Source of the DNA: an uncultured Candidatus Saccharibacteria bacterium
GTDB lineage: Bacteria > Patescibacteriota > Saccharimonadia > Saccharimonadales > JAGQNJ01
DNA length: 35,935 nt
Direction: 5' to 3'
NCBI GenBank assembly: GCA_964584895.1
Contig: CAZPAW010000001.1
Location: 1 to 35,935, forward strand
Shown: one piece after another, positions 6,754 to 15,387 of the stretch
Layout: the number at the start of each line of letters is the position of its first letter
Numbering within the stretch: the stretch's first letter is position 1
Position numbers and translations under genes: made by a program
The notes under the pieces: generated by a model
The model's database searches: none
What the model saw: only the letters and a program-made list of their open reading frames with translations
Told to the model about the DNA's origin: nothing

Positions 6754-6780
6754 ATTTTAGAACTTGGTGAGGCTGCGATT

Positions 6781-6966
6781 TTGCCACTACTGGATGAGGT
6801 AAAAGATGGGGGAGTTTTTATGGTGGAGAACTCAATTATTATGCGAATTATCAATCAGAGAGAATGTATATATTTCCCAGATGCAATCATAGGTAAACTC
6901 GAGCCTGTTCGCGAACAAATACTGAATTGGGGCCAAGATTATCAATCACGTGCAGATTTAACTTAA
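6781..6966 (+). CDS. Possible small hypothetical protein (61 aa, TTG start; internal ATG alternatives)
   Basis: ORF-track entry only. No motif, no clear SD. Confidence 0.2.
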   Translation: MPLLDEVKDGGVFMVENSIIMRIINQRECIYFPDAIIGKLEPVREQILNWGQDYQSRADLT

Positions 6967-6991
6967 TCTTTAGTCAAATCGAAGAAACAAT

Positions 6992-7501
6992 CTATTTTCT
7001 AGCTTTTGCTTGTGTATAAACTTCATGTACGGCTTGGTACTCAAATATTTCTGACTCTGCGAACCAATGAGCAATTTCAGCTTTAGCTTCATCGGGGTCA
7101 CCAGAGGCATGAATTAGATTTGGGACACCAATTTTTTCACGATTGCTATATTCAAAGCCCATATGAGCATAGTCGCCTCTTATTGTTCCGGGTAAAGCTT
7201 TTTCTGGTTCTGTATCTCCTACCATTTTCCTGACTAATGACACTGCTTTTATCCCCTCTAACACATACGCAACCACCGGACCTTCTTGCATCATTTGCAA
7301 AGTAACGTCAAAAGCTTCTTGACCTCTTCTGGTTATCATCTTACCAATATCCTCATAATGATGATGAAAATGCTGTTCATCCGGTGCCAACATTTTTGCA
7401 GCCACAATTTTTAACCCAGCCCTTTCAAATCTACTTAAAATTTCACCGACAATACCTCGTTTGACTGCATCTGGCTTTAAAATTATTAATGTTCTTTCCA
7501 A
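6992..7501 (-). CDS. ndk: Nucleoside diphosphate kinase
   Basis: MERTLIILKPDAV, GEILSRFERAGLKIVAAKM, TIRGDY and the active-site NLIHASG motif. Confidence 0.92.
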   Translation of the reverse strand: MERTLIILKPDAVKRGIVGEILSRFERAGLKIVAAKMLAPDEQHFHHHYEDIGKMITRRGQEAFDVTLQMMQEGPVVAYVLEGIKAVSLVRKMVGDTEPEKALPGTIRGDYAHMGFEYSNREKIGVPNLIHASGDPDEAKAEIAHWFAESEIFEYQAVHEVYTQAKARK

Positions 7502-7595
7502 AATTACGACTCCTTTTATTACTTTATTTAACTCTTAAGGCTAATTGTAACAGATTAAAGCGCTGTTTGAATAGTAATTAGCGTATTATAAGAAT

Positions 7596-8510
7596 ATGCA
7601 ATTCAGTAAAGCTAAGACTGATTTTTTAGAATATTTAGAGATTGAGCAAAATCGCTCACAAAAGACGATCGAAAACTATGATCACTACCTAACAAGACTA
7701 GAAGATTTTGGCGGCGATATGAAAGTAAGCGAAATCACACCAGAATTTGTACAAAAATGGCGATTGTGGTTAAACAGATTGGGAACAAACACGTCTGATG
7801 AGCTCCAAAAAACCACCCAAAACTATCATCTAATTGCCCTGCGCTCGTTCTTAAAATTTTGTGCAAAACGGAACATAAATACCCTTCCTGCAGATAAGAT
7901 TGAGCTGGCTCGCACAAAACGTCCTCAAGTAACCTTTCTAGACCAAGACGAACTAAAGAGATTATTTAGTGCACCAAAAACCGAGGCTATAGCAGGACTC
8001 CGAGACCGCGCAATTTTAGAACTGTTATTTTCTAGCGGTCTGAGGGTGTCAGAACTTGTCAAACTCAATCGTGGAGACATTAATCTCAAGCGACGTGAAT
8101 TCATGGTGCGCGGTAAGGGTCAAAAAGACCGACCAATATTCATTAGTCCGATAGCAGTAGAATGGATAAAAAAGTATCTAGATAAGAGAGTTGACTCATT
8201 AACTCCGCTATTCATAAACAACAGCGGTAATAACACCCCTTCTTTGAGCGGAGATTACAAACGTCTTTCAGCAAGAAGCGTACAAAGAATGGTAGAAAAA
8301 TACGCCAAATCCGCCGGCATAACAAAGCACGTGTCGCCTCATACGCTTCGCCACTCCTTCGCAACAGATTTACTGATGAATGGGGCGGATTTGCGAAGCG
8401 TTCAGGCTATGCTTGGACATAGCAATGTGGCAACTACACAAATCTACACCCACATCACGGACCCTCATCTAAAGAAAATTCATGACCAATTTCATAAAGA
8501 TCTAATTTAA
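7596..8510 (+). CDS. Tyrosine site-specific recombinase, XerC/XerD family
   Basis: N-terminal SAM-like domain (FLEYLEIEQNRSQKTIENY). Catalytic region with ARSVQRM, HTLRHSFATDLLMNGADLRSVQAMLGHSNVATTQIYTH. Confidence 0.9.
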   Translation: MQFSKAKTDFLEYLEIEQNRSQKTIENYDHYLTRLEDFGGDMKVSEITPEFVQKWRLWLNRLGTNTSDELQKTTQNYHLIALRSFLKFCAKRNINTLPADKIELARTKRPQVTFLDQDELKRLFSAPKTEAIAGLRDRAILELLFSSGLRVSELVKLNRGDINLKRREFMVRGKGQKDRPIFISPIAVEWIKKYLDKRVDSLTPLFINNSGNNTPSLSGDYKRLSARSVQRMVEKYAKSAGITKHVSPHTLRHSFATDLLMNGADLRSVQAMLGHSNVATTQIYTHITDPHLKKIHDQFHKDLI

Positions 8511-8511
8511 A

Positions 8512-9576
8512 TCAGTTCGCACAATCATCTATATCATACTGTCTCGTATGATCATTAATCGGTACTACTAATGTTAGCTGTTTACAGATTGCGTTAGTTG
8601 TTTCTAGGCCAAATTCTGGGTAACTGTAATCAGCTTTTAATGGAACCCTGACTTGAATTCTTCGTAAAACATCATTCGCTTTTCCGGTTGCGTCAATTAC
8701 CGCCTGCGTACCAGGTAGTTGTATTTGATTACCTGCGCCATTATCGGCTGTAATTTCAACGGAATGTGGCGTATAGATCGATTTTAGTCGAATGTAGTAA
8801 GAATCAACGCCCTCCGGCAAATTAGTAATTTTTATATTACAATCATAGGTCGTATCATCGCTATCGCTATTAGCTGGATTACACTGACCATCTACAAACA
8901 CTCCCTGCCCTTCCTTGCCTTTGGCATAGGTATGCTCGCCAATTTGTCCGGTCGTATTATTAAGATTAGGGTACAAGAATAAAGTCTGAGTCTCTTCCCG
9001 AAGTTTTTCTCTTGTAATTGGCTCCGTAATAGGCATTAGAGACAGACGCAAAACTCCAGAGTTAAGCACCTCTTCTTCTAGAGGGCCCACTGACGCTGCA
9101 GCTGGTAAAGGATGTTCGTTAGCATCAGTAACATAATTTTGTTTGTTCGTGTTGTCTTCCCAACTAATATTAATTGTTCTGGCACCTGACGCATTGAGCT
9201 TTAATATTGTTGATTTCTCAGTAGAAACAGGAGAATACAGTAATTCGCCAGGCTTATTATCTATCAAAACACAGGTATACTGCAGTCCATTGCCTAAATC
9301 ATTAGTCCCAAGAGAACTAGTATCTGAGCAATCAGAGATGGCCAAACTAGTATTTTTGTCGAGAGCCTTAACGGCGGCGTTAACACCGGATTCTGCTGCA
9401 TAATACGCCTGTGTACTTAACTGTTTATCTAATGCCTGTCTTTGTTCTCTTCGCATCAATAGCGCAAAACTGGTTACAACCAGCGATATAATTACTACAA
9501 ACACCCCCGCTACTAGTATTGATGCCACACCTTTTTGATCGAGTTTATTTCTTATGCTTTTCATATTACTATCCAT
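8512..9576 (-). CDS. PilX-like pilus-associated protein (N-terminal TM plus PilX_N-like segment)
   Basis: Hydrophobic N-terminus followed by EQRQALDKQLSTQAYYAAESGVNAAVKAL (the PilX N-domain pattern AF/YYAAEaG). Last gene of the pseudopilin operon. Confidence 0.6.
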   Translation of the reverse strand: MDSNMKSIRNKLDQKGVASILVAGVFVVIISLVVTSFALLMRREQRQALDKQLSTQAYYAAESGVNAAVKALDKNTSLAISDCSDTSSLGTNDLGNGLQYTCVLIDNKPGELLYSPVSTEKSTILKLNASGARTINISWEDNTNKQNYVTDANEHPLPAAASVGPLEEEVLNSGVLRLSLMPITEPITREKLREETQTLFLYPNLNNTTGQIGEHTYAKGKEGQGVFVDGQCNPANSDSDDTTYDCNIKITNLPEGVDSYYIRLKSIYTPHSVEITADNGAGNQIQLPGTQAVIDATGKANDVLRRIQVRVPLKADYSYPEFGLETTNAICKQLTLVVPINDHTRQYDIDDCAN

Positions 9577-9582
9577 TGTACA

Positions 9583-10212
9583 CTAGCTTTTAGCTCTTGA
9601 AAAAACTTGTGTCGATAAGCTCGACAAAGCGCACCATTGCGACCCTGTAACATCCCCTTTACAGCTAATTGGTTGAGTCTTGGCAGAGTCATTGAACTTC
9701 ACTAAATCATCGTCTCCATAAATTACGCTAACTGTTATATCGACGATATCAGTACCAGATGTTGTAGAAATACTAAACTCTTTTAAGCGCATACCTGGCT
9801 CTAATAATTCTGTCCCATTTGAACTCTCAAGAACTGTGTTATCACTTAGATCCAGAGGAGGACATGCACCTGAAGAGCTAACTTTATCCTTCCATAGCGC
9901 ATGATCATTCTCAGTTTTTATTTGTTTATTAATGACATAGGTGTATCGAGTATTGCCTATACAAGCGCTTTTATATGTTGGGGCTAAATTATCACCAGCA
10001 ACAGCACTCACAGAACTAAACTGAACAGTTCTTGATATATCATCAATAATACTTCGAGATACATTTTGAGTTTTTGAAACTATTACTCCCTTGTAATAAA
10101 GTCTACTAATTTGGGTCATCGACGCGCCCGCTAGTAGCAACAAAACCGAAAACACAGTTATTGCTATCATCAACTCAACTAATGTAAATCCTTTGTTATT
10201 TGTAGTTTTCAT
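9583..10212 (-). CDS. Minor pilin / pseudopilin with a prepilin-type N-terminal cleavage/methylation motif
   Basis: KG|FTLVELMIAITVFSVLLL (G-1, F+1, E+5). Confidence 0.85.
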   Translation of the reverse strand: MKTTNNKGFTLVELMIAITVFSVLLLLAGASMTQISRLYYKGVIVSKTQNVSRSIIDDISRTVQFSSVSAVAGDNLAPTYKSACIGNTRYTYVINKQIKTENDHALWKDKVSSSGACPPLDLSDNTVLESSNGTELLEPGMRLKEFSISTTSGTDIVDITVSVIYGDDDLVKFNDSAKTQPISCKGDVTGSQWCALSSLSTQVFSRAKS

Positions 10213-10694
10213 TCTGTAAAAAGCCTATATGTTATTTTAACTTCTTCTTTATCCAGACCTGCTATACCAAACCAACGTATATAGACGTCGAAAGTATTAC
10301 TACCAGCTCCTCTGTAGACAACGCCTATGTGATACAAATCTTTAACGCACTCTGATGCATAATCAGATAAATTATCAGAATCCAAATCACCTAAAGTAAC
10401 AGTTGATGTAGTCTTAGTACCATTATTAAGGCAGAACGTCTGATTTGGATTATTAAAAATACCTTGGTCATTACTGCTGTCTTTGTAAGAAAGCGCCTTT
10501 AATTGTTCTGTTTGGCCTTCGGCTAATTTTACAGCTTCTGTACGTTCCTGCGACTGACGAGAGGATTTCAGACTACGGTTTGCGACCCCATAAGCTAAAC
10601 CAATAGAAAGACCGACAACAGTAACAGCAATTAACACTTCCACAATCGTGTCGCCTGTGCGATTTTTTAAAAGATTAGCGTTCATTCCTCGCAC
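10209..10694 (-). CDS. Minor pilin / pseudopilin
   Basis: TG|DTIVEVLIAVTVVGL prepilin-like motif with E+5. ATGA overlap with the next gene. Confidence 0.75.
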   Translation of the reverse strand: MRGMNANLLKNRTGDTIVEVLIAVTVVGLSIGLAYGVANRSLKSSRQSQERTEAVKLAEGQTEQLKALSYKDSSNDQGIFNNPNQTFCLNNGTKTTSTVTLGDLDSDNLSDYASECVKDLYHIGVVYRGAGSNTFDVYIRWFGIAGLDKEEVKITYRLFTE

Positions 10695-11503
10695 TCCTCA
10701 AAATTAGAATCAATAATCAACTCAGAATTAAGCTGTTTACCTTGCCCACCCAATATTATTGTTGCCTGTCTGTCTCCTCCAGCAGATTTTAGACAAATAT
10801 AAACTTTGTCTGGTTTTCGATCAGAATCTTTCATTGCCTGTACATTATTCTCGAACGTCTCAAAAGAGTCGTTAAGCCCTGTCCCAACAGGGATTAAGCT
10901 AACAGACTGAGAACCCGATATAACATCCTCTTCCGCACCAGAATCGTCAAACTCACCCAACGACTGCAAGGCTCCGACCGAACTTTTTGTGGAAATACTT
11001 CCATTATCAAAACTAACAACCTTAGTAATTGTTATCCCCCAAGGCAAATTAAAGGATTCCTTGATACTCTCCTCGATCGTTGGAAGAGATTCTTGTAAAG
11101 AAGTCGACAACGAACCACCTGATTCTCGTAATCCAACAACTGTATATGCATCATATCCTTCTTGCTGAAATTTCATAACCTTACCTAAAAAAACACAACT
11201 TTCATTCGAACCTTGCTCAGCAGAGCCAACGCTAATTACTGGTCCCTCTGGACCCGTTGTGCATGAAAAATCACCTTTATTTGGATAGTATCCGCTAGCT
11301 ACCTCGTTCATAGTAGTCTTAACCTTAGCTTCAATCTCGCGAGCACCCTGAGTAAATTGTATTCTAGCTTGCCTGCCCCTAAAAAATAACAACGACGTAG
11401 CTAGAATAACGCCTGATATTACTAAAAATATCATCGTTTCTACAATAGTGTACCCACTCACTCGTTTTGACCTTGAGCCGAGGGTTGATTGTCCTCTTTT
11501 CAT
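10682..11503 (-). CDS. Minor pilin / pseudopilin
   Basis: SG|YTIVETMIFLVISGVIL prepilin-like motif with E+5. TGCTATACT extended -10 at 11512-11520 (minus strand), 8 nt upstream of the ATG. Confidence 0.75.
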   Translation of the reverse strand: MKRGQSTLGSRSKRVSGYTIVETMIFLVISGVILATSLLFFRGRQARIQFTQGAREIEAKVKTTMNEVASGYYPNKGDFSCTTGPEGPVISVGSAEQGSNESCVFLGKVMKFQQEGYDAYTVVGLRESGGSLSTSLQESLPTIEESIKESFNLPWGITITKVVSFDNGSISTKSSVGALQSLGEFDDSGAEEDVISGSQSVSLIPVGTGLNDSFETFENNVQAMKDSDRKPDKVYICLKSAGGDRQATIILGGQGKQLNSELIIDSNFEECEE

Positions 11504-11545
11504 TACCTACAAGTATAGCATAAGCTTAATCAGAGTCACTGATTA

Positions 11546-12361
11546 TTACAGTAGTAATATTTTGGTTTGATACCAATCAATCAAAACTTGTCCAAAAATA
11601 AAAACAATCAATGTCGCAATCACTAAAAATGGACCGAAAGGTATTTTTTTCTTTCGACCTGATCCAGTGACTAGTAAAGGAATCGAGACAAATGTGCCTA
11701 GTAGTGATGCAATAAATAGGACTAATACTGCTGGCAAAGCCCCACCAATAATCAATCCAATGACAATTCCTAATTTTACGTCCCCTCCGCCAATCCACTT
11801 TCCGCCTGAAAGCTGAAATAATGCATAAAATAATCCACTCGCAATCAAAACACCAACAATAGCGTCCAACGCTGGACGCAAACTAGCAGAATCAATACAC
11901 AAAACTATAACAAAAAACATGGCCAATATAATTAATGGTAGAATTACGCGATCCGGTATTATCATCCATCGCAGGTCGTATACAAAAATAACCATAAATC
12001 CAATTAGCATAACTAACCAGATGGCAAACTCGACAATACCAAGTCCGCTGAAGCTAAACGGCCAATAAATATACGAAACGACAAAAACTAAAGCCAATCC
12101 TAGCTCTACGACTGGATACTGCCAAGATATTGATTTACGACAATAACGACATTTACCACCTAAAGTCAACCAGCTCAATACCGGTATCAGATCTAATGCT
12201 AATAATTGATGCTTGCATGAAGGACACATTGACCGACCGTTAAGTATCGACAGATTTTTTTGCTTTTTTTTGACAGTCTCTTGTTGATGGATACGCCAAA
12301 CAACAGCATTAACAAAACTCCCGAAACATAGCCCCAGCAAAACTAAAATCAAATATATCAT
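11546..12361 (-). CDS. pilD: Prepilin peptidase / N-methyltransferase (A24 family)
   Basis: Polytopic membrane protein with an N-terminal CPSC...CRYC zinc motif and GGGDVKL (second catalytic Asp region). Confidence 0.9.
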   Translation of the reverse strand: MIYLILVLLGLCFGSFVNAVVWRIHQQETVKKKQKNLSILNGRSMCPSCKHQLLALDLIPVLSWLTLGGKCRYCRKSISWQYPVVELGLALVFVVSYIYWPFSFSGLGIVEFAIWLVMLIGFMVIFVYDLRWMIIPDRVILPLIILAMFFVIVLCIDSASLRPALDAIVGVLIASGLFYALFQLSGGKWIGGGDVKLGIVIGLIIGGALPAVLVLFIASLLGTFVSIPLLVTGSGRKKKIPFGPFLVIATLIVFIFGQVLIDWYQTKILLL

Positions 12362-12395
12362 TGTTATGCTTATACTACTTGTCTATAAAACAAAA

Positions 12396-12427
12396 AGAAA
12401 CCCAGATAATTTGGGTTTCTTTTTTTC
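12396..12427 (-). terminator. Rho-independent terminator downstream of the major pilin gene
   Basis: AGAAACCCA (12396-12404) / TGGGTTTCT (12412-12420) forms a 9-bp stem with a 7-nt loop, flanked by A-run and T-run (bidirectional shape). On the minus strand it is followed by TTTTTGTTTT. Confidence 0.8.
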
Positions 12428-12446
12428 AAGTTACTTGGATGCTTGT

Positions 12447-12911
12447 TTAGCCTTCTTGGCACTGCTCTTGGTTTATTCCGCTTGAATCTTCTACGTTCCA
12501 AAGCGCTGTAAACTGTCTAGATGTAGCGCTCTCAACATTGTTATCATTACAAGAAGTATATGGATTCATCCAAACTTCCGTATTGCCGTTGCTTATTGCT
12601 TGGCCAGTAAGTGGCGGAGCTGTAGCCCAATTGACTTCCGAATCAATATCGTAAAATCCAAGTTTAGCGTTGTCTTTAAAATCATTTAGATCGGTCGGTA
12701 GTTTACCGTTGTTATTAGATGCATATTCATTGACGGCAGCTAGTAAATTAGCTACATCATTTTTACGCTGAGTATTTCTTGAGTTACGTTGCAAAGCTGG
12801 GACAGCTAAAAACACAATCAACAAAATAATTGATGCTATAACAAGCACAATCATTACTTCGATGATTGTAAATCCCTCTTGCCTTTTTCTTTTTATATCT
12901 TTGATGCCCAT
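12447..12911 (-). CDS. pilA: Type IV major pilin (type IVa-like)
   Basis: Short basic leader ending EG|FTIIEVMIVLVIASIILLIVFLAVPAL (G-1, F+1, E+5). Two C-terminal Cys (possible disulfide loop). Own terminator and SD GGGGA. Confidence 0.85.
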   Translation of the reverse strand: MGIKDIKRKRQEGFTIIEVMIVLVIASIILLIVFLAVPALQRNSRNTQRKNDVANLLAAVNEYASNNNGKLPTDLNDFKDNAKLGFYDIDSEVNWATAPPLTGQAISNGNTEVWMNPYTSCNDNNVESATSRQFTALWNVEDSSGINQEQCQEG

Positions 12912-12996
12912 TTTCTATCCCCTTTTTGATACTTAGTTATGCTTATGGTTAATATACTACTGTCTTAGTATCACAAATGCAACAAAAATTTCGTAT

Positions 12997-14211
12997 CTAT
13001 AGCAGATCCTTACCTACAAGACTGTATACCGGCAATAATATAGCCGTAACAATAGTAATTGCAACTATACCCATCAAAATCATCAATACAGGCTCGATTG
13101 TTGTTGATATAGCCCTAATTTCGTTATCAACTTCTTTTTCATAATAATCGGCTGTTTTTGATAACATTTGTTCAACTGATCCAGACTGTTCTCCGATTCG
13201 CAACATATCAGGCACAAGCTCTAGAAAGTTTTCATCACCCTTCAGCGCCTCAGATAAGGCGACACCGCCTTTTACCTTTTCAGACGCTTTTTGCAATGAT
13301 TCTTCAATATGAACATTATTAACGGATTTACCGGTAATTTCTAGCATCTGTATCAAAGGTACGCTGCTAGCTACAAGCGTTGAACCAACACGCGTAAACC
13401 GTGCCATGTACATTTTCATAAATAAATGACCGATTGGCCACATCCGCATTTTTAGACGATCAATCGTCCGTTTACCACCGAAAGTTCTTGCCCAACGAGA
13501 GGTCAAAACAATAATTAGGCCAATTATTATTAATTCTATCCACCAATATTGAATCGTAAAGTGGGCAACGAACAACAAAAACCTAGTGACCAGAGGAAGT
13601 GTCGCGCCCGGTATACCTTCATAGACTTCTTCAACGGTCGGCAATACACCTACAATCATGAAAATAACAACGGCAATCATCACAAATAACACAATAATCG
13701 GATAAACCATTGCGCCACGAACTTTACTGATTATTTCGGCGTCTTTTTCTTTTTGATTTGCGATACGCTCCAATGCCTTATCAAGAGTACCCGATGCTTC
13801 ACCAGCCGCTACTAGGTTAACGAATACAGCGTCAAAAACCTGTGGATGTTTTTTTAATGCATCAGAAAAAGATGTACCGGATTCTACGTCTGTAATTACA
13901 AGATTTACAATATTTTGTAAGTTCTTGTTCTGGGTTTGCCCAGCAACGTTTCTCAAACTCTGAACTAACGGCAAACCAGCGTTAATTAAGGTTGATAATT
14001 GTCGTGAAAATAATACTTTGTCTTTTGTTTTGATTCTGTTTCGGAACCGTCCTATAGATTTTGCATTAACGTCTTTTGCTACTATTTCGATTGGCGATAA
14101 TCCGTCTTTCTGAATTGCGGTAGCTGCCGCTTGCTCACTTTCTGCTGAAATCTCTGATACGACTTTTTTGCCGGTAATCGGGTCTCTGGCAGTATATTTA
14201 TAGGTCAGCAT
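12997..14211 (-). CDS. pilC: Type IV pilus platform protein (GspF/PilC family)
   Basis: Duplicated T2SS-F domains (FSRQLSTLINAGLPL..., FTRVGSTLVASSVPL...), three TM regions, 404 aa. Confidence 0.9.
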   Translation of the reverse strand: MLTYKYTARDPITGKKVVSEISAESEQAAATAIQKDGLSPIEIVAKDVNAKSIGRFRNRIKTKDKVLFSRQLSTLINAGLPLVQSLRNVAGQTQNKNLQNIVNLVITDVESGTSFSDALKKHPQVFDAVFVNLVAAGEASGTLDKALERIANQKEKDAEIISKVRGAMVYPIIVLFVMIAVVIFMIVGVLPTVEEVYEGIPGATLPLVTRFLLFVAHFTIQYWWIELIIIGLIIVLTSRWARTFGGKRTIDRLKMRMWPIGHLFMKMYMARFTRVGSTLVASSVPLIQMLEITGKSVNNVHIEESLQKASEKVKGGVALSEALKGDENFLELVPDMLRIGEQSGSVEQMLSKTADYYEKEVDNEIRAISTTIEPVLMILMGIVAITIVTAILLPVYSLVGKDLL

Positions 14212-14286
14212 ATCAGTTAATCACCTTTCGTGACTGCATCAAATATTTGTTCAATTCGCTTTGCGACGTCGATAAAAATAGCCATG

Positions 14287-15375
14287 TTATCCCCGCATCA
14301 TCCTATCTAGTTCATCAAGATCAACGGCAAAATTACGTGCCTCATCATAGGTAATCACACCTTTTTGTATTAAACCTACTAAAGTTTTATCCATAGACTG
14401 CATACCGTGTTCTGCCCCAGTCTGGATTACGGCTTCTAATTGATGGCTTTTACCCTCGCGAATTATATTCCTAACAGCTGGAGTAGCGACTAATATTTCG
14501 GCTGCAGCTATACGACCGCCACCAATAGATGGCACAAGACGCTGAGAACAAATTGCCATTAAAATATTAGCTAACTGAGATCTAATCTGAGGTTGTTGGT
14601 GAGGCGGAAATACATCAATCATTCTATCGATTGACTGAGATGCTGAATTGGTATGAAGTGTTGCAAATACCAAATGGCCAGTTTCGGCAATTGTTATAGC
14701 TGCCGCAATTGTCTCTAGATCACGCATTTCGCCAATTAAAACCACATCAGGGTCCTGCCTAAGACTGGATCTAAGAGCTGCAGAGAAAGAATAGGTATCA
14801 TAGTGGACTTCGCGTTGGACAACCACTGATTTTTTTGACTTATGAGTAAATTCAACCGGGTCCTCAATAGTAACTATATGCTCTGCTCGCTCTGTATTTA
14901 TTTTATCGACTAACGCGGCAAGCGTAGTCGACTTACCTGAGCCTGTTGGGCCAGTAACCAAAACTAATCCTCTTGGATAATCAGAGAATTTGTTAACTAT
15001 CTGCGGTAAGCCTAGTTGTTCTACGGTCAAAATCTCATTAGGAATAAGTCTAAGTGCTGCAGCCAAATTACCTCTTTCGTGAAAAGCATTTACACGAAAC
15101 CTACCAAGGTCACCATAAGCAAAACTAAAATCAAATTCTTTATCTTTTAATAAAATTTGTTTTTGATCTTCGTCTAAGATTGCAAAGATTAAACTCTCTG
15201 CTGCTTCCTCGGTTAATGCGTCGGCGCTAGATACAGGTGTTAGCTTACCATCGATTCTAATAATTGGCGGTAGTCCTACTTGCAAATGAAGGTCAGAAGC
15301 CTTCTTTTTAACTACCTCATCCAGCAATGGCTCTATTCGTAGTGTTGATTGGTGTGATGTTTTTTCTGTCGCCAT
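14287..15375 (-). CDS. pilT: Twitching-motility retraction ATPase
   Basis: ASDLHL, Walker A GPTGSGKSTT, EDPVEF, RQDPDVVLIGEMRD, TGHLVFATLHT, and the AIRNIIREGK-like motif (AVRNIIREGK). Confidence 0.9.
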   Translation of the reverse strand: MATEKTSHQSTLRIEPLLDEVVKKKASDLHLQVGLPPIIRIDGKLTPVSSADALTEEAAESLIFAILDEDQKQILLKDKEFDFSFAYGDLGRFRVNAFHERGNLAAALRLIPNEILTVEQLGLPQIVNKFSDYPRGLVLVTGPTGSGKSTTLAALVDKINTERAEHIVTIEDPVEFTHKSKKSVVVQREVHYDTYSFSAALRSSLRQDPDVVLIGEMRDLETIAAAITIAETGHLVFATLHTNSASQSIDRMIDVFPPHQQPQIRSQLANILMAICSQRLVPSIGGGRIAAAEILVATPAVRNIIREGKSHQLEAVIQTGAEHGMQSMDKTLVGLIQKGVITYDEARNFAVDLDELDRMMRG

Positions 15376-15387
15376 AATCCCCTCCCT

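Larger units (their letters stand above)
26..6760. mobile_element. Putative integrated element or genomic island (serine-recombinase type). The left end is at the tRNA and the right end is not defined.
   Basis: Large serine recombinase abutting a tRNA, orphan and accessory genes, a long repeat-rich non-coding region, and composition that looks more GC-rich by eye than the flanking housekeeping DNA (not computed). Housekeeping genes resume at ndk (6992). Confidence 0.45.

Noticed and set aside
6479-6991. Direct repeat of the tRNA 3' end marking the right att site
   Set aside because: I scanned this region by eye for GGTTCGAATCCTGTCCGGGG-like sequence and found none. That is expected for serine recombinases, so the right boundary remains open rather than refuted.
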